Positions 44,449 through 54,963 of a DNA stretch of 64,000 nt are shown one piece after another. The position numbers and the translations under genes were made by a program. Source of the stretch: Gemmataceae bacterium (GTDB lineage Bacteria > Planctomycetota > Planctomycetia > Gemmatales > Gemmataceae); NCBI GenBank assembly GCA_046350295.1, contig JAXMAR010000001.1:117354-181353 (forward strand), given 5' to 3'. The stretch's first letter is position 1, and each line of letters begins with the position of its first letter. The notes under the pieces were generated by a model that did not search any database, was not told where the DNA came from, and saw only the letters and a list, made by a program, of their open reading frames with translations.

Positions 44449-44889
44449 TCATTGGGAAAGGGACGGTCCGCCGCTGCGTTGCAAAGCCGGGATGCGGCGT
44501 CCGTCGCGGCAGCGAATCAGCTCTTCATGATTCGGCCCGCTTTGGTAGAACGGGAAATCGTCCCGCGCGAGCCCGGACACGTCGTAGCTCAGCAGATCGG
44601 TTGGCTCGAGCACGAGGAAGGCGTCGTGGCGAAGAGGAACGCGTACGCCGTTCCGACAAATCAACTCCTGCATGCCGACCGGTCCGACGGCCATCCAGAC
44701 TCCGGCCTCGACGACCGGCGCGTGAAACTCGCCGGCACACAGGCGCCGATAGCCCGAGTGCGGATCGACGTCGGGATCCGGCCGGTGGCAAAGAAAGGCG
44801 CCCGCCGTGCCGAGACAGAAGAGCGCCAGCACGGCCAGCGCGCAGCCCAGAGGAGAACGACTCAGAATGCCCCAAAGGTTTTTCATCAT
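44449..44889 (-). CDS. small secreted hypothetical protein
   Basis: MMKNLWGILSRSPLGCALAVLALFCLGTAGAFLC signal/TM segment. Weak call that competes with an overlapping plus-strand ORF. Confidence 0.35.
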   Translation of the reverse strand: MMKNLWGILSRSPLGCALAVLALFCLGTAGAFLCHRPDPDVDPHSGYRRLCAGEFHAPVVEAGVWMAVGPVGMQELICRNGVRVPLRHDAFLVLEPTDLLSYDVSGLARDDFPFYQSGPNHEELIRCRDGRRIPALQRSGGPSLSQ

Positions 44890-45255
44890 GGCTCGACCCC
44901 TGCTTGTCGGCGTTGACTGATAGCAAGAAGGGCGCCGAACCGAATCGAGTCGCCGAATACCGAAAAAAGCGGGGAAATCGGCGCTGTTTCCAGCGAAAAG
45001 ATTCAGACATGCGTCAATGAGACACACAGGGGAGAAGGGCGCGGTCGGTTTCGGCACACCTGGGAGGACGCCGGGGGCAGTCGTTCTAGGGGCCGGTCAA
45101 GCGCCGCAAGGCCTGCCGCGCTTCACGCGTCAGCAGCGCGTTCTCGGCCCCGGCCGCGAGAGCGCCGAGGCGGGCGCGGCCGGCGCCCTGTTCCACCAGC
45201 GCCGGCCAAAGCCTCAGACGAGCGGGGCGGCATCAGCCCCGCCGGACGGCGACCG

Positions 45256-45804
45256 TCACTTCACCGTCACCGAGCTCGGGTCCTTCGTGTCGATGCGCAC
45301 GCGGGTGATCTTTCCGCTTGCCAGGTACTCCAGCTCGAGGAAAGCCTTGTCGCCGTCCAGCTCGAACTCGACCTCGATCAGCTGACCCTTGGCTTTTGTG
45401 GCGCCGATCTCCATGCCTTTCTTGAAGCCCACCTTGGCGCCAGCCGACGACTTGATGGCGTCGGCGAACTTTTTGGCCTTCAGCCCCTCGGTCTTCTCCT
45501 CGAACTTCACGACGGCGCCGCTCTTGGCGTCGATCTCCACCTCCTGGACCTTCTCGCCTTGCAGGAAGTAGAAGCCGAAACGAGCGCTCTTCTTGATCAT
45601 CTCGACGCGCCCGATCAGCGGCTTGCCCTCGCCAACCTTCTTGCGGGCCGTGGCAAACGCCTCGGCGAAGTCGATTTTCGCCTCGCCCAGGACTTTCTTG
45701 GCCGTTTCAATCTTCTTGGCGTCGTCCGGTTCCTTCGCCGTCGCCAGGACGGTGAACCACAGCGCCACGGCACATACCACGCAGCAGCAAGACGCGATCT
45801 TCAT
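45256..45804 (-). CDS. secreted PepSY-domain protein (two PepSY repeats)
   Basis: Signal peptide MKIASCCCVVCAVALWFTVLATA. Two Lys/Glu-rich repeats of the PepSY type. Confidence 0.65.
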   Translation of the reverse strand: MKIASCCCVVCAVALWFTVLATAKEPDDAKKIETAKKVLGEAKIDFAEAFATARKKVGEGKPLIGRVEMIKKSARFGFYFLQGEKVQEVEIDAKSGAVVKFEEKTEGLKAKKFADAIKSSAGAKVGFKKGMEIGATKAKGQLIEVEFELDGDKAFLELEYLASGKITRVRIDTKDPSSVTVK

Positions 45805-46000
45805 GGCCGCAAGCCTCCAAGAAAAGGAGAAGCCGCGCCGAGGGGAGGCTCGGCGCGGACGGGATCCCAGGAGTTCGATGGCGTCACTGCAAAGACGAGA
45901 CCAAAGGTTAAAAAGGCTGCCGGCGACCGCAAACTTTTCTAAGGAATAGATAAGAAACCCGGCGAATTATTCCCGGCAAGTTTTTTTGGGGGCTTTTTCG

Positions 46001-47120
46001 ATGGCCGAGCCGATTTTCGTCTTCGACGTCCACCTCGACCTCAGCATGAACGCCCTCGAATGGAACCGCGACCTGCGCTGGTCGCTCGAGAAGATCCGGC
46101 GCTGGGAACTCACCATGAAGGACAAGGTCGACCGCGGCATCAACACGGTCTGCCTCCCCGAGATGCGCAAGGGGCGCATCGGCCTGTGCGTCGCCACCCA
46201 GATCGGCCGCTATTCCCCCTACTTCCATCGCCTTCCCGGCTGGAACTCGCCGGAGCAAGCCTGGGCGCAAACGCAAGGGCAGCTGGCGTGGTACCGCATC
46301 ATGGAAGAGCAAGGCGAGCTGGTGCAGATCCGCAACCGCCAGCAGCTCGATCAACACCACCTCTCGCTCTGGCGGCTCAAGGCGCGTGCCGGACGACGGC
46401 ACGCACCACGTGGTCGAATCGAAGAAGCCCGACGGCTCCCCATCGGCTACATCCTCAGCCTCGAGCGCGGACTCGATCGTCGCGCTCAAGCACCTGGGCA
46501 AGCTACGCCGACGGCCTGCGCGCCCCTGGGCCCGCACGGCCCCGGCCGCTTCACCCACAGCACCGACGCGAGCAGCCCTCCCCGAAGGCAAAGGCGCTCC
46601 AAGGAGATGAAGCGCTCGGCATCATCCTCGACGTGACTCTCATCTCTGCGACGAATGCTTCTGGGACGCCCTCGACGTCTACGACGGACCCCTCTGGGCA
46701 AGCCCCACCAGAATTGCCGCACCCTCTGCCCCTGGAACCAGCAGTTCGCCGACGACCAGATCAAGGCGGTGATCGAGCGCGACGGCATCCTCGGCATGGC
46801 TTTCGACGCCATCGCCCAGTGGTCCCCGGCGCTGGCGGCACCTGAAGAGCAAGCCGGCCGACTTCCAGCTTAAGATCGAGCGCATCTGCGAGCACGTCGA
46901 CCACATCTGCCAGATCGCCGGCAACGCCAGGCACGTCGGCATCGGCACCGACCTCGACGGCGGCTACGGCACCGAACAGATGCCGATGGACATGAACTCG
47001 ATCGCCGACTTGCAAAAGATCCCGGCGCTGCTGAGAAAGCGCGGCTACTCGGAGGTCGACATCGAGGGGATCTTCTGGCGGAACTATGTGGAGTTTCTGC
47101 GGCGGGTGTGGGAGAAATGA
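46001..47120 (+). pseudogene. membrane dipeptidase (peptidase M19, renal dipeptidase family) with several frameshifts between about 46.37 and 46.90 kb
   Basis: N-terminus FVFDVHLDLSMNAL. Middle and C-terminal M19 blocks (IGYILSLE, CFWDALDVYDGPL, HNCRTLCPWNQQFADDQIKAVIERDGILGMAFDAIAQW, ICEHVDHICQIAGNARHVGIGTDLDGGYG...EGIFWRNYVEFLRRVWEK) are distributed over three frames. Confidence 0.7.
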
Positions 47121-47323
47121 GCGGCGACAGTGCTGACGCCAAGACTTGGACACACTACCGCTCAAGGGAACGGGCGCGAACCTTCTGATCCAGAAAGAAG
47201 AGGTGCGCCCGTGCATCCGTGGATTGAGAAAATGGTTCGGCAGGTCCAGACTGTGCCGCCCGCCTGTCTCGGTGGCTTTCGGACGACCTTATTAGACACG
47301 GGACCGTGGAATAACTGGGCGAG

Positions 47324-47740
47324 TTGGTCGGCCAGGTGCGTTTGTGGAGAAAACAAGGGCTACGTACTCGGCTATTCGCTGGAGATTTCCAGTCCGGAGT
47401 ACGAAGGGGCAGGTTATCAGTCGCAGGGTTTCGATGTGTGTCTTGCGGAAAGACCACTGGGGTCGATGACACGGGACTCCATGGGTACAACGCGGAGATA
47501 AGCAAACTCGATGGCGGCGGGGGTGACTCCAACGTTCGCGGCGCAGGCGAGGAAGAGTTCCCATGTCCACAGTGCAGGAGCAAGTCTTCTTACTGGTTCT
47601 GCGTTGCTCACTTTGACCTGATGGAGGACGAGCCAGAGCTTGAGCCGCGTGCCCAGGATTTCTTTGACGCGTTCGCATGCGAAGGTACCTGCGTTTCGTG
47701 CGATGCGACGACCAATGTGACTAACTTTGAGCTTGCCTAA
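47324..47740 (+). CDS. Cys-rich hypothetical protein (possible zinc-ribbon), lower-GC patch; frame uncertain
   Basis: CVSCGKTTG...CPQCRSK...CEGTCVSCD motifs. The overlapping ORF 47130-47501 in another frame also has Cys pairs, so a frameshift is possible. Confidence 0.25.
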   Translation: MVGQVRLWRKQGLRTRLFAGDFQSGVRRGRLSVAGFRCVSCGKTTGVDDTGLHGYNAEISKLDGGGGDSNVRGAGEEEFPCPQCRSKSSYWFCVAHFDLMEDEPELEPRAQDFFDAFACEGTCVSCDATTNVTNFELA

Positions 47741-47997
47741 CAGATGCCGCGGCGAATCAACTTTTCCTCGTCCGCCCAGTCCTCGCGGATTTCCGGGGGA
47801 TCGGACCGGCAGTAGGTAATGGCCTCCAAGACCGCCTCCAAGGGCAAGTCGTAATCGCGCGCCACTTCTTCGGGCGTGCGCGCGTCTTCGCCAAACAGTT
47901 GGCCGTACAAGGAGCGGGCCGCAACCCAGCGAGCCTTGACAAAGAGCTGCTTGTAAGACGACTTCGGCTTCGGCGCCAGGTATTTCCAGGAGGTCAT
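47737..47997 (-). CDS. DUF433-like small protein
   Basis: C-terminal ...RTPEEVARDYDLPLEAVLEAITYC resembles the DUF433 consensus. Confidence 0.4.
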   Translation of the reverse strand: MTSWKYLAPKPKSSYKQLFVKARWVAARSLYGQLFGEDARTPEEVARDYDLPLEAVLEAITYCRSDPPEIREDWADEEKLIRRGIC

Positions 47998-48107
47998 GGT
48001 TGAATTGTAGCCGACGCGCCATCCGGCTCGCAAGCGCGACGGGACAATCGCGAGCAGCGGGTATACTGATCTAAGTCACGCGCCGCGGTTCCTGCTGCGA
48101 GGCCGTC

Positions 48108-48845
48108 ATGCCGTTGCGAGATCACTTTCGGCCGCCGATTTCTTCCCGCTACTCCTGGGAGGGCGTTCATGGCGGCTGGCCGATGACGATGGTGCAGCAT
48201 CTTGCACACGTGCTACCGAACGACTTTTCGGCGGAGCCGCGGGTCCATCTCGGCTCCTACTTCGATCTCGATCTGTCGACGTACGAGGATGACGAGCCGA
48301 AACGCTCCGGGCCGGGACCACAGCAGGACGGCAACGGGATCGCGACGGCGACATGGTCGCCGCCTCAACCGACGCTCACCATCGAGACCGACCTGGGGGA
48401 GCAATACGAATACGAGGTGCAGATCTACGATCAGGGCCGCGGTCGCCGGCTCGTTGCCGCCGTCGAAATCGTGAGCCCGGCGAACAAGGACCGGCCCGAG
48501 AATCGCAAGGCGCTGGTAACCAAGTGCACGGCGCTGCTGCAGCAGGGAGTGTGTGTCTCCCTTGTCGACCTCGTGACGCTCCGGCATTTCAACCTCTATA
48601 CCGACCTGCTTGCCGAGTTCGGTGGTCGAGACCCGGCCTTTGCCGGCGACGCCTCATCGATCTACGCTGCGACATGCCGAGGCCGCAGAACGGGGAAGAG
48701 ACCTCGTGTCGATGCGTGGGCTTATCCACTCCAGGTCGGCCAGCGCCTGCCCAAGCTGCCGATCTGGCTAGCCGCGGACTTGGCGGTTGAGCTCGATCTG
48801 GAATCGAGTTACGAAGATACGTGTGCGGCGTTGCGCATCTCATGA
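48108..48845 (+). CDS. DUF4058 domain protein (Uma2-associated family)
   Basis: N-terminal MPLRDHFRPPISSRYSWEGVHGGWPMTMVQHLAHVL matches the DUF4058 N-terminal consensus. Confidence 0.55.
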   Translation: MPLRDHFRPPISSRYSWEGVHGGWPMTMVQHLAHVLPNDFSAEPRVHLGSYFDLDLSTYEDDEPKRSGPGPQQDGNGIATATWSPPQPTLTIETDLGEQYEYEVQIYDQGRGRRLVAAVEIVSPANKDRPENRKALVTKCTALLQQGVCVSLVDLVTLRHFNLYTDLLAEFGGRDPAFAGDASSIYAATCRGRRTGKRPRVDAWAYPLQVGQRLPKLPIWLAADLAVELDLESSYEDTCAALRIS

Positions 48846-48876
48846 TGCGTGAAACTGATTTCGTCAGCCCCGGCAA

Positions 48877-49368
48877 TCAGGGTTCCTTTTCCTCGGCCGC
48901 CTCAGAATCGGTCGAATTTCCCCCCTTCCATTGGCGGGCGAACTCCTCGACGGCCTCGATCTGCTCGTCGGTCTCCACGGAGCCGGGGCGGAGGCGGCGG
49001 ACGCGGGCGATGGCGTTCTTGGCGGACATGCCCTGGGTGACGAAGTAGCAGGCGAGGACGGTGCCGGTGCGGCCCAGGCCGGCGCCGCAGTGGATGCCGA
49101 CGGCCATGTTCTGGTTGAGGGCCTTCTGGATCGACGACATGCAGACTTCGAGCTGGCGCTGGCTGGGGGGGTGCATGTCCTGGATGGGGACATGCAGCAG
49201 CAGGAGGCCCGCGTCGTTGACGAAATCGCGCCGCGGCGGGTACTCCGTCAAGGAGATGAGGAGCTGGATGCCCTGGGCGCGGAGCCACTGATACTCCTCG
49301 GCCTCGGTCGGCTTGGCCATGGCGGCGAGTAGCGGCTTGTCGACCCAGGTGAAGGCCTCGGGAGGCAT
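48877..49368 (-). CDS. dual-specificity/tyrosine protein phosphatase
   Basis: CX5R P-loop HCGAGLGRTG. Confidence 0.8.
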   Translation of the reverse strand: MPPEAFTWVDKPLLAAMAKPTEAEEYQWLRAQGIQLLISLTEYPPRRDFVNDAGLLLLHVPIQDMHPPSQRQLEVCMSSIQKALNQNMAVGIHCGAGLGRTGTVLACYFVTQGMSAKNAIARVRRLRPGSVETDEQIEAVEEFARQWKGGNSTDSEAAEEKEP

Positions 49369-49764
49369 AGCGGAACCGGCGGCTGGGAAAGGGCAGCGAG
49401 TTTGTTGCCTGGATTATGGAGGATGAGGCGCGGTTCGGGAAGGGTAAACTCCTTAAGAAAGTTGCGCCTGCTGAGGCAAGTGGTGGACACGCACATGCGC
49501 GGCCAAGCGAAACAGCGGCAAAGACTACTGACCTCGCAAAGCGAGTTCAGGCTTACGAGAATAAAGATGGGTCTGTGCGAGGCGTCAGCCAAACCCGCTG
49601 AACGGAGAACGATGAAACGGTTTTAACGGCGCCGCGCGGTCGACAAAGCGGGCAAACGGCGCGGGCAAGTGCTCTTGGCCCGCGCCAAAGCGGGGAAGCA
49701 TAGACACCCTCTCCGAGTTGTTGTACAAAAAACTTGAGCAATTCATTTCCCCCTGGTAACGACC

Positions 49765-51012
49765 ATGCGCAGCAGCTTGTTCGCCACGCTTCTCGTTCTT
49801 TCTCCTGCCATCGCCGACGCCGGCGAGACGAAGGTGCGCTGCGACGTGGTCGAGGGCGCCCTCCTCGCCAAGGAAACGGGCGGCTGGCGCGCACTCAGCA
49901 AAGGCGACGCGGCGCCGCTGGGCGTACCCGTGGTGGCGCTGCCCGGCGCGCAGCTGAGCGGCGCGGACGGAGCGGTCACGGTAAAGTTGATGGCGGACAT
50001 CGGCCAACGCGGGCCGCTGCCGGCGCTGGAAGCGGGCGTGGTCCTTCATGCGAGCAAGGGGCTCGATCTCGATGTGACGCTGGAGGAAGGGATCATCGTT
50101 TTCGACAATGGCCGCAAGGACGGGGACGCGAAGGTGCGGGTGCGCGTGCGCGGCGAGCAGTGGGACGTGACGCTACGGCCGGAAAGCCGGGTGGGCTTCG
50201 AGCTCTATTCGCGGTACGCTCCGGGCGTGCTCAAGGAGTTCGGCGGCAAGCTCGAGGAGCCATGTGCCCAGGTCATCGGCCTGGTGACGCGCGGGTCCGC
50301 GTTCCTCAAGACCGAGGGGGAAGGGTACGGCCTCAAAGCGCCGCCCGGCTACGCCATCTTCCAGTGGGACAGTCTCGAGCGCAAGCTGGCCGTGAACCGG
50401 CTGGAGAAGCTGCCCGAGTTCGTGCGGCCGATGACGGAGAAGGAGCAGGCGGCGTTCGAGGAGTGCGTGGCGGCGGCGGGCAAGCTGAACGGGGCGGACA
50501 AGAAAAAGGCGCTGGCGGGGCTGATCGCGAGCGACTCGCACGTGGCCCGGCTGACAGGCGTGACGGCGGCGGGGGCGCTGGGGGAAGCGGGCATCGTGCT
50601 GGCCGGCCTGGAAGACGCGAAACACCGGGACGTACGTCAGCCGGCGAGTCTGGTGCTGCGTCACTATGTCGGGCGCGGGTCGAAGCAGATGGAGCAGGTT
50701 TTCCATCTCTTGACCGGGGCCGAGAAGGCGACGCCGGCGAAGGCGAGCCTGTTCCTGGAGTTGTTGCTGGGATTCACCGCGGAGCAGAAGCTGGAGCCGG
50801 TAACCTACGAGATCCTGATCCGGCTCCTGGACCATCCGCGCCTGGGGGCGCGCGAGCTGGCGCACTGGCACCTGGTCCGGCTGGCGCCGCTGGAAACACC
50901 GATCCCGTATGATGCCGCGGCCCCCGAGGCGGAGCGTAAGGCGGCGGTGCAGCGCTGGCGGGAAATGATCCCGGCCGGGGAATTGCCGCCGCACTTACGC
51001 GAGAAGAAGTAG
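49765..51012 (+). CDS. secreted hypothetical protein with C-terminal HEAT-like repeats
   Basis: Signal peptide MRSSLFATLLVLSPAIADA. Normal amino-acid composition across 415 aa. Confidence 0.55.
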   Translation: MRSSLFATLLVLSPAIADAGETKVRCDVVEGALLAKETGGWRALSKGDAAPLGVPVVALPGAQLSGADGAVTVKLMADIGQRGPLPALEAGVVLHASKGLDLDVTLEEGIIVFDNGRKDGDAKVRVRVRGEQWDVTLRPESRVGFELYSRYAPGVLKEFGGKLEEPCAQVIGLVTRGSAFLKTEGEGYGLKAPPGYAIFQWDSLERKLAVNRLEKLPEFVRPMTEKEQAAFEECVAAAGKLNGADKKKALAGLIASDSHVARLTGVTAAGALGEAGIVLAGLEDAKHRDVRQPASLVLRHYVGRGSKQMEQVFHLLTGAEKATPAKASLFLELLLGFTAEQKLEPVTYEILIRLLDHPRLGARELAHWHLVRLAPLETPIPYDAAAPEAERKAAVQRWREMIPAGELPPHLREKK

Positions 51013-51096
51013 TCACGTTCCCGTGAACGTGGCGCGAGATTACCATCCAAGAGGTACGGCACACGGAGTGTGTCTGTTCTGTTTGAGAGACCGACG

Positions 51097-52110
51097 ATGT
51101 TGCGAAGAATCGTGCCGCTGGCTTTGTCGACCGTTGTGATCTGGACGAGCGCCGCGCAGGCGCAGTATCCCCCGGGCTACTATCCCGGCAGCGGCGGCTA
51201 TTACCCCGGCCGCGTCGGCGGCACGCTGTACGGCGCCGCCGACTCCATCCGCGCCCAGGGGGACGTGATGGTGCAGTCGGAGCAGGCGCGGATCCAGCGC
51301 GAGCAAGCCGAGCAGGCGAAGATCGACACGCGGCGCAAGGCGTTCGACGAGGCGGCGTACGAGAAGGCGAACACGCCCACCTATGCCGAGAAGGTGGCGG
51401 CGAGCGAGATGGCGCTGTTCCAGCGCGTCCTCATCAAGCCGACCGCGATCGAGGTGTCGAGCGGCCGGGCCCACAACATCGTCATGCCCCACATCGACCG
51501 CATGGCGCGGCAGGGCATCTTCGGCCCGACGACGCCGATCGACCCGACGATGCTGGCGGTCATCAACGTCAAAGCGCCGGGCGGGACCGGCATGGCGATG
51601 CTGTCCGACGTGAGCAATATTCCCTGGCCGATCGCGCTGTACGGGACCAAGAAGCAGGAAAAGCTGCAAACGAGCCTGGATCAGGCGGTCAAGACGATCA
51701 TGACGAAGGGCCGGCTCGATCCGAAGACCTACTCCGAATGCCAGACGAACGCCAAGGCGCTGCGCGACGAGCTGGACCAGCTCTTCGACGCCGAGAAAAT
51801 CAACATGAGCCGCTTCGCCGAGGGGAGCGCGTTCATGCAGGCGCTGCAGAAGGAAGTGGCCCACCTCGGGGACCCGGGCATCGCCAAGTCGCTGGGGGGA
51901 GGCATGCGGCCACGCGGCAACGACGTGCTTGAGCTGGTCCACTACATGACGACGACCGGACTTCAGTTCGCGCCGTGCCGACCCGGAGACGAGGCGGCGT
52001 ACCAGTCACTGTTCACCGCCATGTCAGGGTTCGCGCAGTCGGCGCAGGTCGCGGCGGGCGTCAGCACCCAGCCGAGCGTGCCGCCGCCTACCGCGCCGTA
52101 CAAGAAGTGA
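51097..52110 (+). CDS. secreted hypothetical protein
   Basis: Signal peptide MLRRIVPLALSTVVIWTSAAQA followed by a YPPGYYPGSGGYYPG motif. No family assigned. Confidence 0.55.
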   Translation: MLRRIVPLALSTVVIWTSAAQAQYPPGYYPGSGGYYPGRVGGTLYGAADSIRAQGDVMVQSEQARIQREQAEQAKIDTRRKAFDEAAYEKANTPTYAEKVAASEMALFQRVLIKPTAIEVSSGRAHNIVMPHIDRMARQGIFGPTTPIDPTMLAVINVKAPGGTGMAMLSDVSNIPWPIALYGTKKQEKLQTSLDQAVKTIMTKGRLDPKTYSECQTNAKALRDELDQLFDAEKINMSRFAEGSAFMQALQKEVAHLGDPGIAKSLGGGMRPRGNDVLELVHYMTTTGLQFAPCRPGDEAAYQSLFTAMSGFAQSAQVAAGVSTQPSVPPPTAPYKK

Positions 52111-52170
52111 AACTCGCGCTCGGACGGTGAATCGCCTTTTGTCTTGATTCCTGAGCATCAAGGAACCACC

Positions 52171-52962
52171 ATGTCGCACCTGCCCGCATTGCTGTTGTGG
52201 ACCTTCGCCGCCGGCGGAGACGCCAAGCTGGAGATCACGGACGTGCGCACGACGCTCGGCTACATGGGCGCCACGCGTGACAAGACGCCGCGCCTGCCGG
52301 GGGACACGATCCACTTCGCGTTCAACGTGCGGAACCTCGCGCTGAACAAGGAAGGCCAGGCCGACTTCAGCATGCTCCTGGAAGTGCTCGACCCGAAGGG
52401 GGACGTGATCTACTCCCAGGGGCCGCGCAATCACCTGGTGCAGAATTTCTTCGGCGGCAACCTGGTTCCGTGCCACGCGCTCATGAACCTGCCCAACGAC
52501 GCCGAGCCGGGGGAGTACACGGCGCGCGTCACCATCACCGACAAGAACGGCGGCGGCAAGGTCTCGTTCAGCGGCAAGGGCAAGGTGCTGGCGCCGGACT
52601 TCGGCATCTTCCGCGTCGGCACCTTCGGCGAGTTCGGCTCGCCGCGCGCTCCCGTCGGAACCGTCGGCGAGCTGCTGCAGGTGCGCTTCTCCGTGACCCG
52701 CTTCGAACAGAACAAGGCGGGCGATTGCGACCTGGATGTGTCCTTGAAAATCCTCGACGACAAGGGGGAGCCGCTGAAGGTCAAGACGCACAGCCACCAC
52801 ATCAAGACCGCGCCCAAGAGCGTGGAGAAGGCGCTGCCTCTTCAGTTCGGATTGACGCTCGACCGTCCTGGACAATTCACGCTGCTCATCTCGGCGCGTG
52901 ACAACAAGCAGGGCAAGACGTCCGAGATGCGGATTCCGCTGCGAGTGCTGGCGCCGGAGTGA
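52171..52962 (+). CDS. secreted hypothetical protein
   Basis: Signal peptide MSHLPALLLWTFAAGG. Beta-rich composition. Confidence 0.5.
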   Translation: MSHLPALLLWTFAAGGDAKLEITDVRTTLGYMGATRDKTPRLPGDTIHFAFNVRNLALNKEGQADFSMLLEVLDPKGDVIYSQGPRNHLVQNFFGGNLVPCHALMNLPNDAEPGEYTARVTITDKNGGGKVSFSGKGKVLAPDFGIFRVGTFGEFGSPRAPVGTVGELLQVRFSVTRFEQNKAGDCDLDVSLKILDDKGEPLKVKTHSHHIKTAPKSVEKALPLQFGLTLDRPGQFTLLISARDNKQGKTSEMRIPLRVLAPE

Positions 52963-53037
52963 CCCGCCCGAAAGACGACCCGATCAAGAAAGAGGGCCCG
53001 GCTTTGACGCCGGGCCCTCTTTCTGTTACCGCGGCAT

Positions 53038-53541
53038 TCACGTGCAGTCTTCGTCGGCGGTGAAGTCGTTGTCGGAGAGCAGGACAAAGCCGATCCGGTC
53101 CAGCGTCTGCGCCGCGCCTTCGTGGTCCTCGACGTGCAGGGCCAGGGACGCCTTGCCATGGGGGCCGACGAGCAGGGGATAGGCGTAATGGATGTCGATC
53201 TCGGCCATCAGGAGGGCCTTGCAGATGTCGAGGAGGGGCTGATCGCTTTCGGGAAGCTGGACGACGAGGAGGTCGCTTTCGGTGATGGGGAGCTTGGCGC
53301 GCTGGAAGATCTCCAGGGCGCGCTCGGGGTCGCTCAGCACCATGCGGATGATGGCGCAGTCGGCGGAGTCGACGACCGTGAGCGAGATGATGCGGATGTC
53401 GGTGGTCTCGAAGCGTCGCACCAGGTCGAGCAGGGCGCCGAGGCGGTTTTCGAGGAAGACGTTGAACTGCCGGACGCTCGGCCAGTCCCTGCCGCGCGCG
53501 GTATCGAAGTCGATGCTGGAGCCTGCGCCGCCGGTACTCAT
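53038..53541 (-). CDS. ACT-domain pair protein (amino-acid-binding regulatory domain)
   Basis: MSTGGAGSSIDFD... then two ACT-like beta-alpha-beta-beta-alpha-beta units. Start at the internal ATG of ORF 53038-53751. Confidence 0.6.
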   Translation of the reverse strand: MSTGGAGSSIDFDTARGRDWPSVRQFNVFLENRLGALLDLVRRFETTDIRIISLTVVDSADCAIIRMVLSDPERALEIFQRAKLPITESDLLVVQLPESDQPLLDICKALLMAEIDIHYAYPLLVGPHGKASLALHVEDHEGAAQTLDRIGFVLLSDNDFTADEDCT

Positions 53542-53801
53542 ACCGTTTCCTTTCGAAATCCTTTCCTGGAACAGAACATCCCGTGCCCTTACCATACCGG
53601 CTGGATAGGCGATTTTGCAAGGGAAACATCTCGTTCGCGGACCTGCCCGGGAACGCGCTGACCCCAGGCTCCGCCTGGCATCGATGACTTTTCGGGGCGA
53701 GAGCCTCCAGGCGCGTTGCGTTCCAGGAGAATCTCCGGGCCGCGCTGTCACAAGCCTCGGCCGCGGCGCTATAAGCCGTCAGTTGGTGGGGAAGCCAACG
53801 A

Positions 53802-54773
53802 ATGAACGAAGGAGATTCCATGTTGCGCTCGATCTTCACCAACCTGTCGACCCGCCGGTCGACAAATTCGCCGGCCAAGCGGTCTACTTTCAGTCCGCGC
53901 CTAGAAGCTCTGGAAGACCGGCTCGTGCCTGCCATCACGTTCCATGCCGACGCCCAGAGCGTTACCGTCGACGGGGATTACTGGGGGAATGACACGCTCG
54001 TGGTTCGAGCCATGGCCGATGGCAGTCACACCGTTACGGATACCGCTGGGACGACCATCACGGCGCCGGCGGGAAAGAGCCTGAGGGTCTACACGCATAA
54101 CGGCGACGACGTCGTGCTCTACAGGGCCGGAGACCTCAACGGAGTCACTTCAGCCGTCTTTATCGATCTCGGCCAGGGGAACAACAATTTCAGCGCCGCG
54201 TTTGGTGGTGACCTCCGCAACGGCGCCAACGTGTTTCTCGCCGTTCAGGCATGGGAGGGCGCCGACGTGATGAACGTCTATGGGACGGAGTTCGCGCCGA
54301 ATCGAAACGGCGACCACGTCGCGGACGGGTCGACCATCAACACCGGCGGGCTGTTGATTGACTCGACGAGCCACCTGAACGTCGCCATGTTTGGCGGAGG
54401 CGGCGCCGACATCATGCACTTCGCCTACGATGGCGAGCTTGACGGCCATCTTGGCCTGGAGATGAGCGGCGACGCCGGCGACGATTTCGTCGGCGCCAGC
54501 CTCACCGTGCGGGAACGCAGCACGGGGCAGATCGGCAACTTTGAGGACGGAAGGTCGGGAAGCGCGCTCGTGGAAGGAGGCGCCGGCAGCGACACGCTCG
54601 CTTTCCACATCGACGACCATTCCGACCACCACGTCGCCATCGACGCCGCGATCGACGGCGACTACATTCTCCACCTCATGTTGAACAAATCTCCCTTTGA
54701 CAAGGACACGGCGAGCCATACGTCCAACGTGGCGGTAATGGAGTGTGAGGTGGTTACCCTGCAGACCTATTGA
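53802..54773 (+). CDS. secreted calcium-binding RTX/hemolysin-type repeat protein with the planctomycete LEALEDRLVPA N-terminal motif
   Basis: RLEALEDRLVPA near the N-terminus. GGxGxD nonapeptide-like repeats (GGGGADIM, GDAGDDF, GGAGSDTL). Confidence 0.65.
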   Translation: MNEGDSMLRSIFTNLSTRRSTNSPAKRSTFSPRLEALEDRLVPAITFHADAQSVTVDGDYWGNDTLVVRAMADGSHTVTDTAGTTITAPAGKSLRVYTHNGDDVVLYRAGDLNGVTSAVFIDLGQGNNNFSAAFGGDLRNGANVFLAVQAWEGADVMNVYGTEFAPNRNGDHVADGSTINTGGLLIDSTSHLNVAMFGGGGADIMHFAYDGELDGHLGLEMSGDAGDDFVGASLTVRERSTGQIGNFEDGRSGSALVEGGAGSDTLAFHIDDHSDHHVAIDAAIDGDYILHLMLNKSPFDKDTASHTSNVAVMECEVVTLQTY

Positions 54774-54963
54774 CGGTTGATGAGCAACGGCGCGATGGGG
54801 TGACCCGTCGCGCCGCATGCCGCTCGGCCTGTCCATCTTCAAGCGCTCGCGCACCGCATACGACCGCTTGCCCACCTCGCACCCGAGCGAGAATCTCCGG
54901 GAAGCTGGTCGTCGCGCGACGAGGTGTCCCGGCACGCGGATTTTCTTCGCGGATCATGCTATC

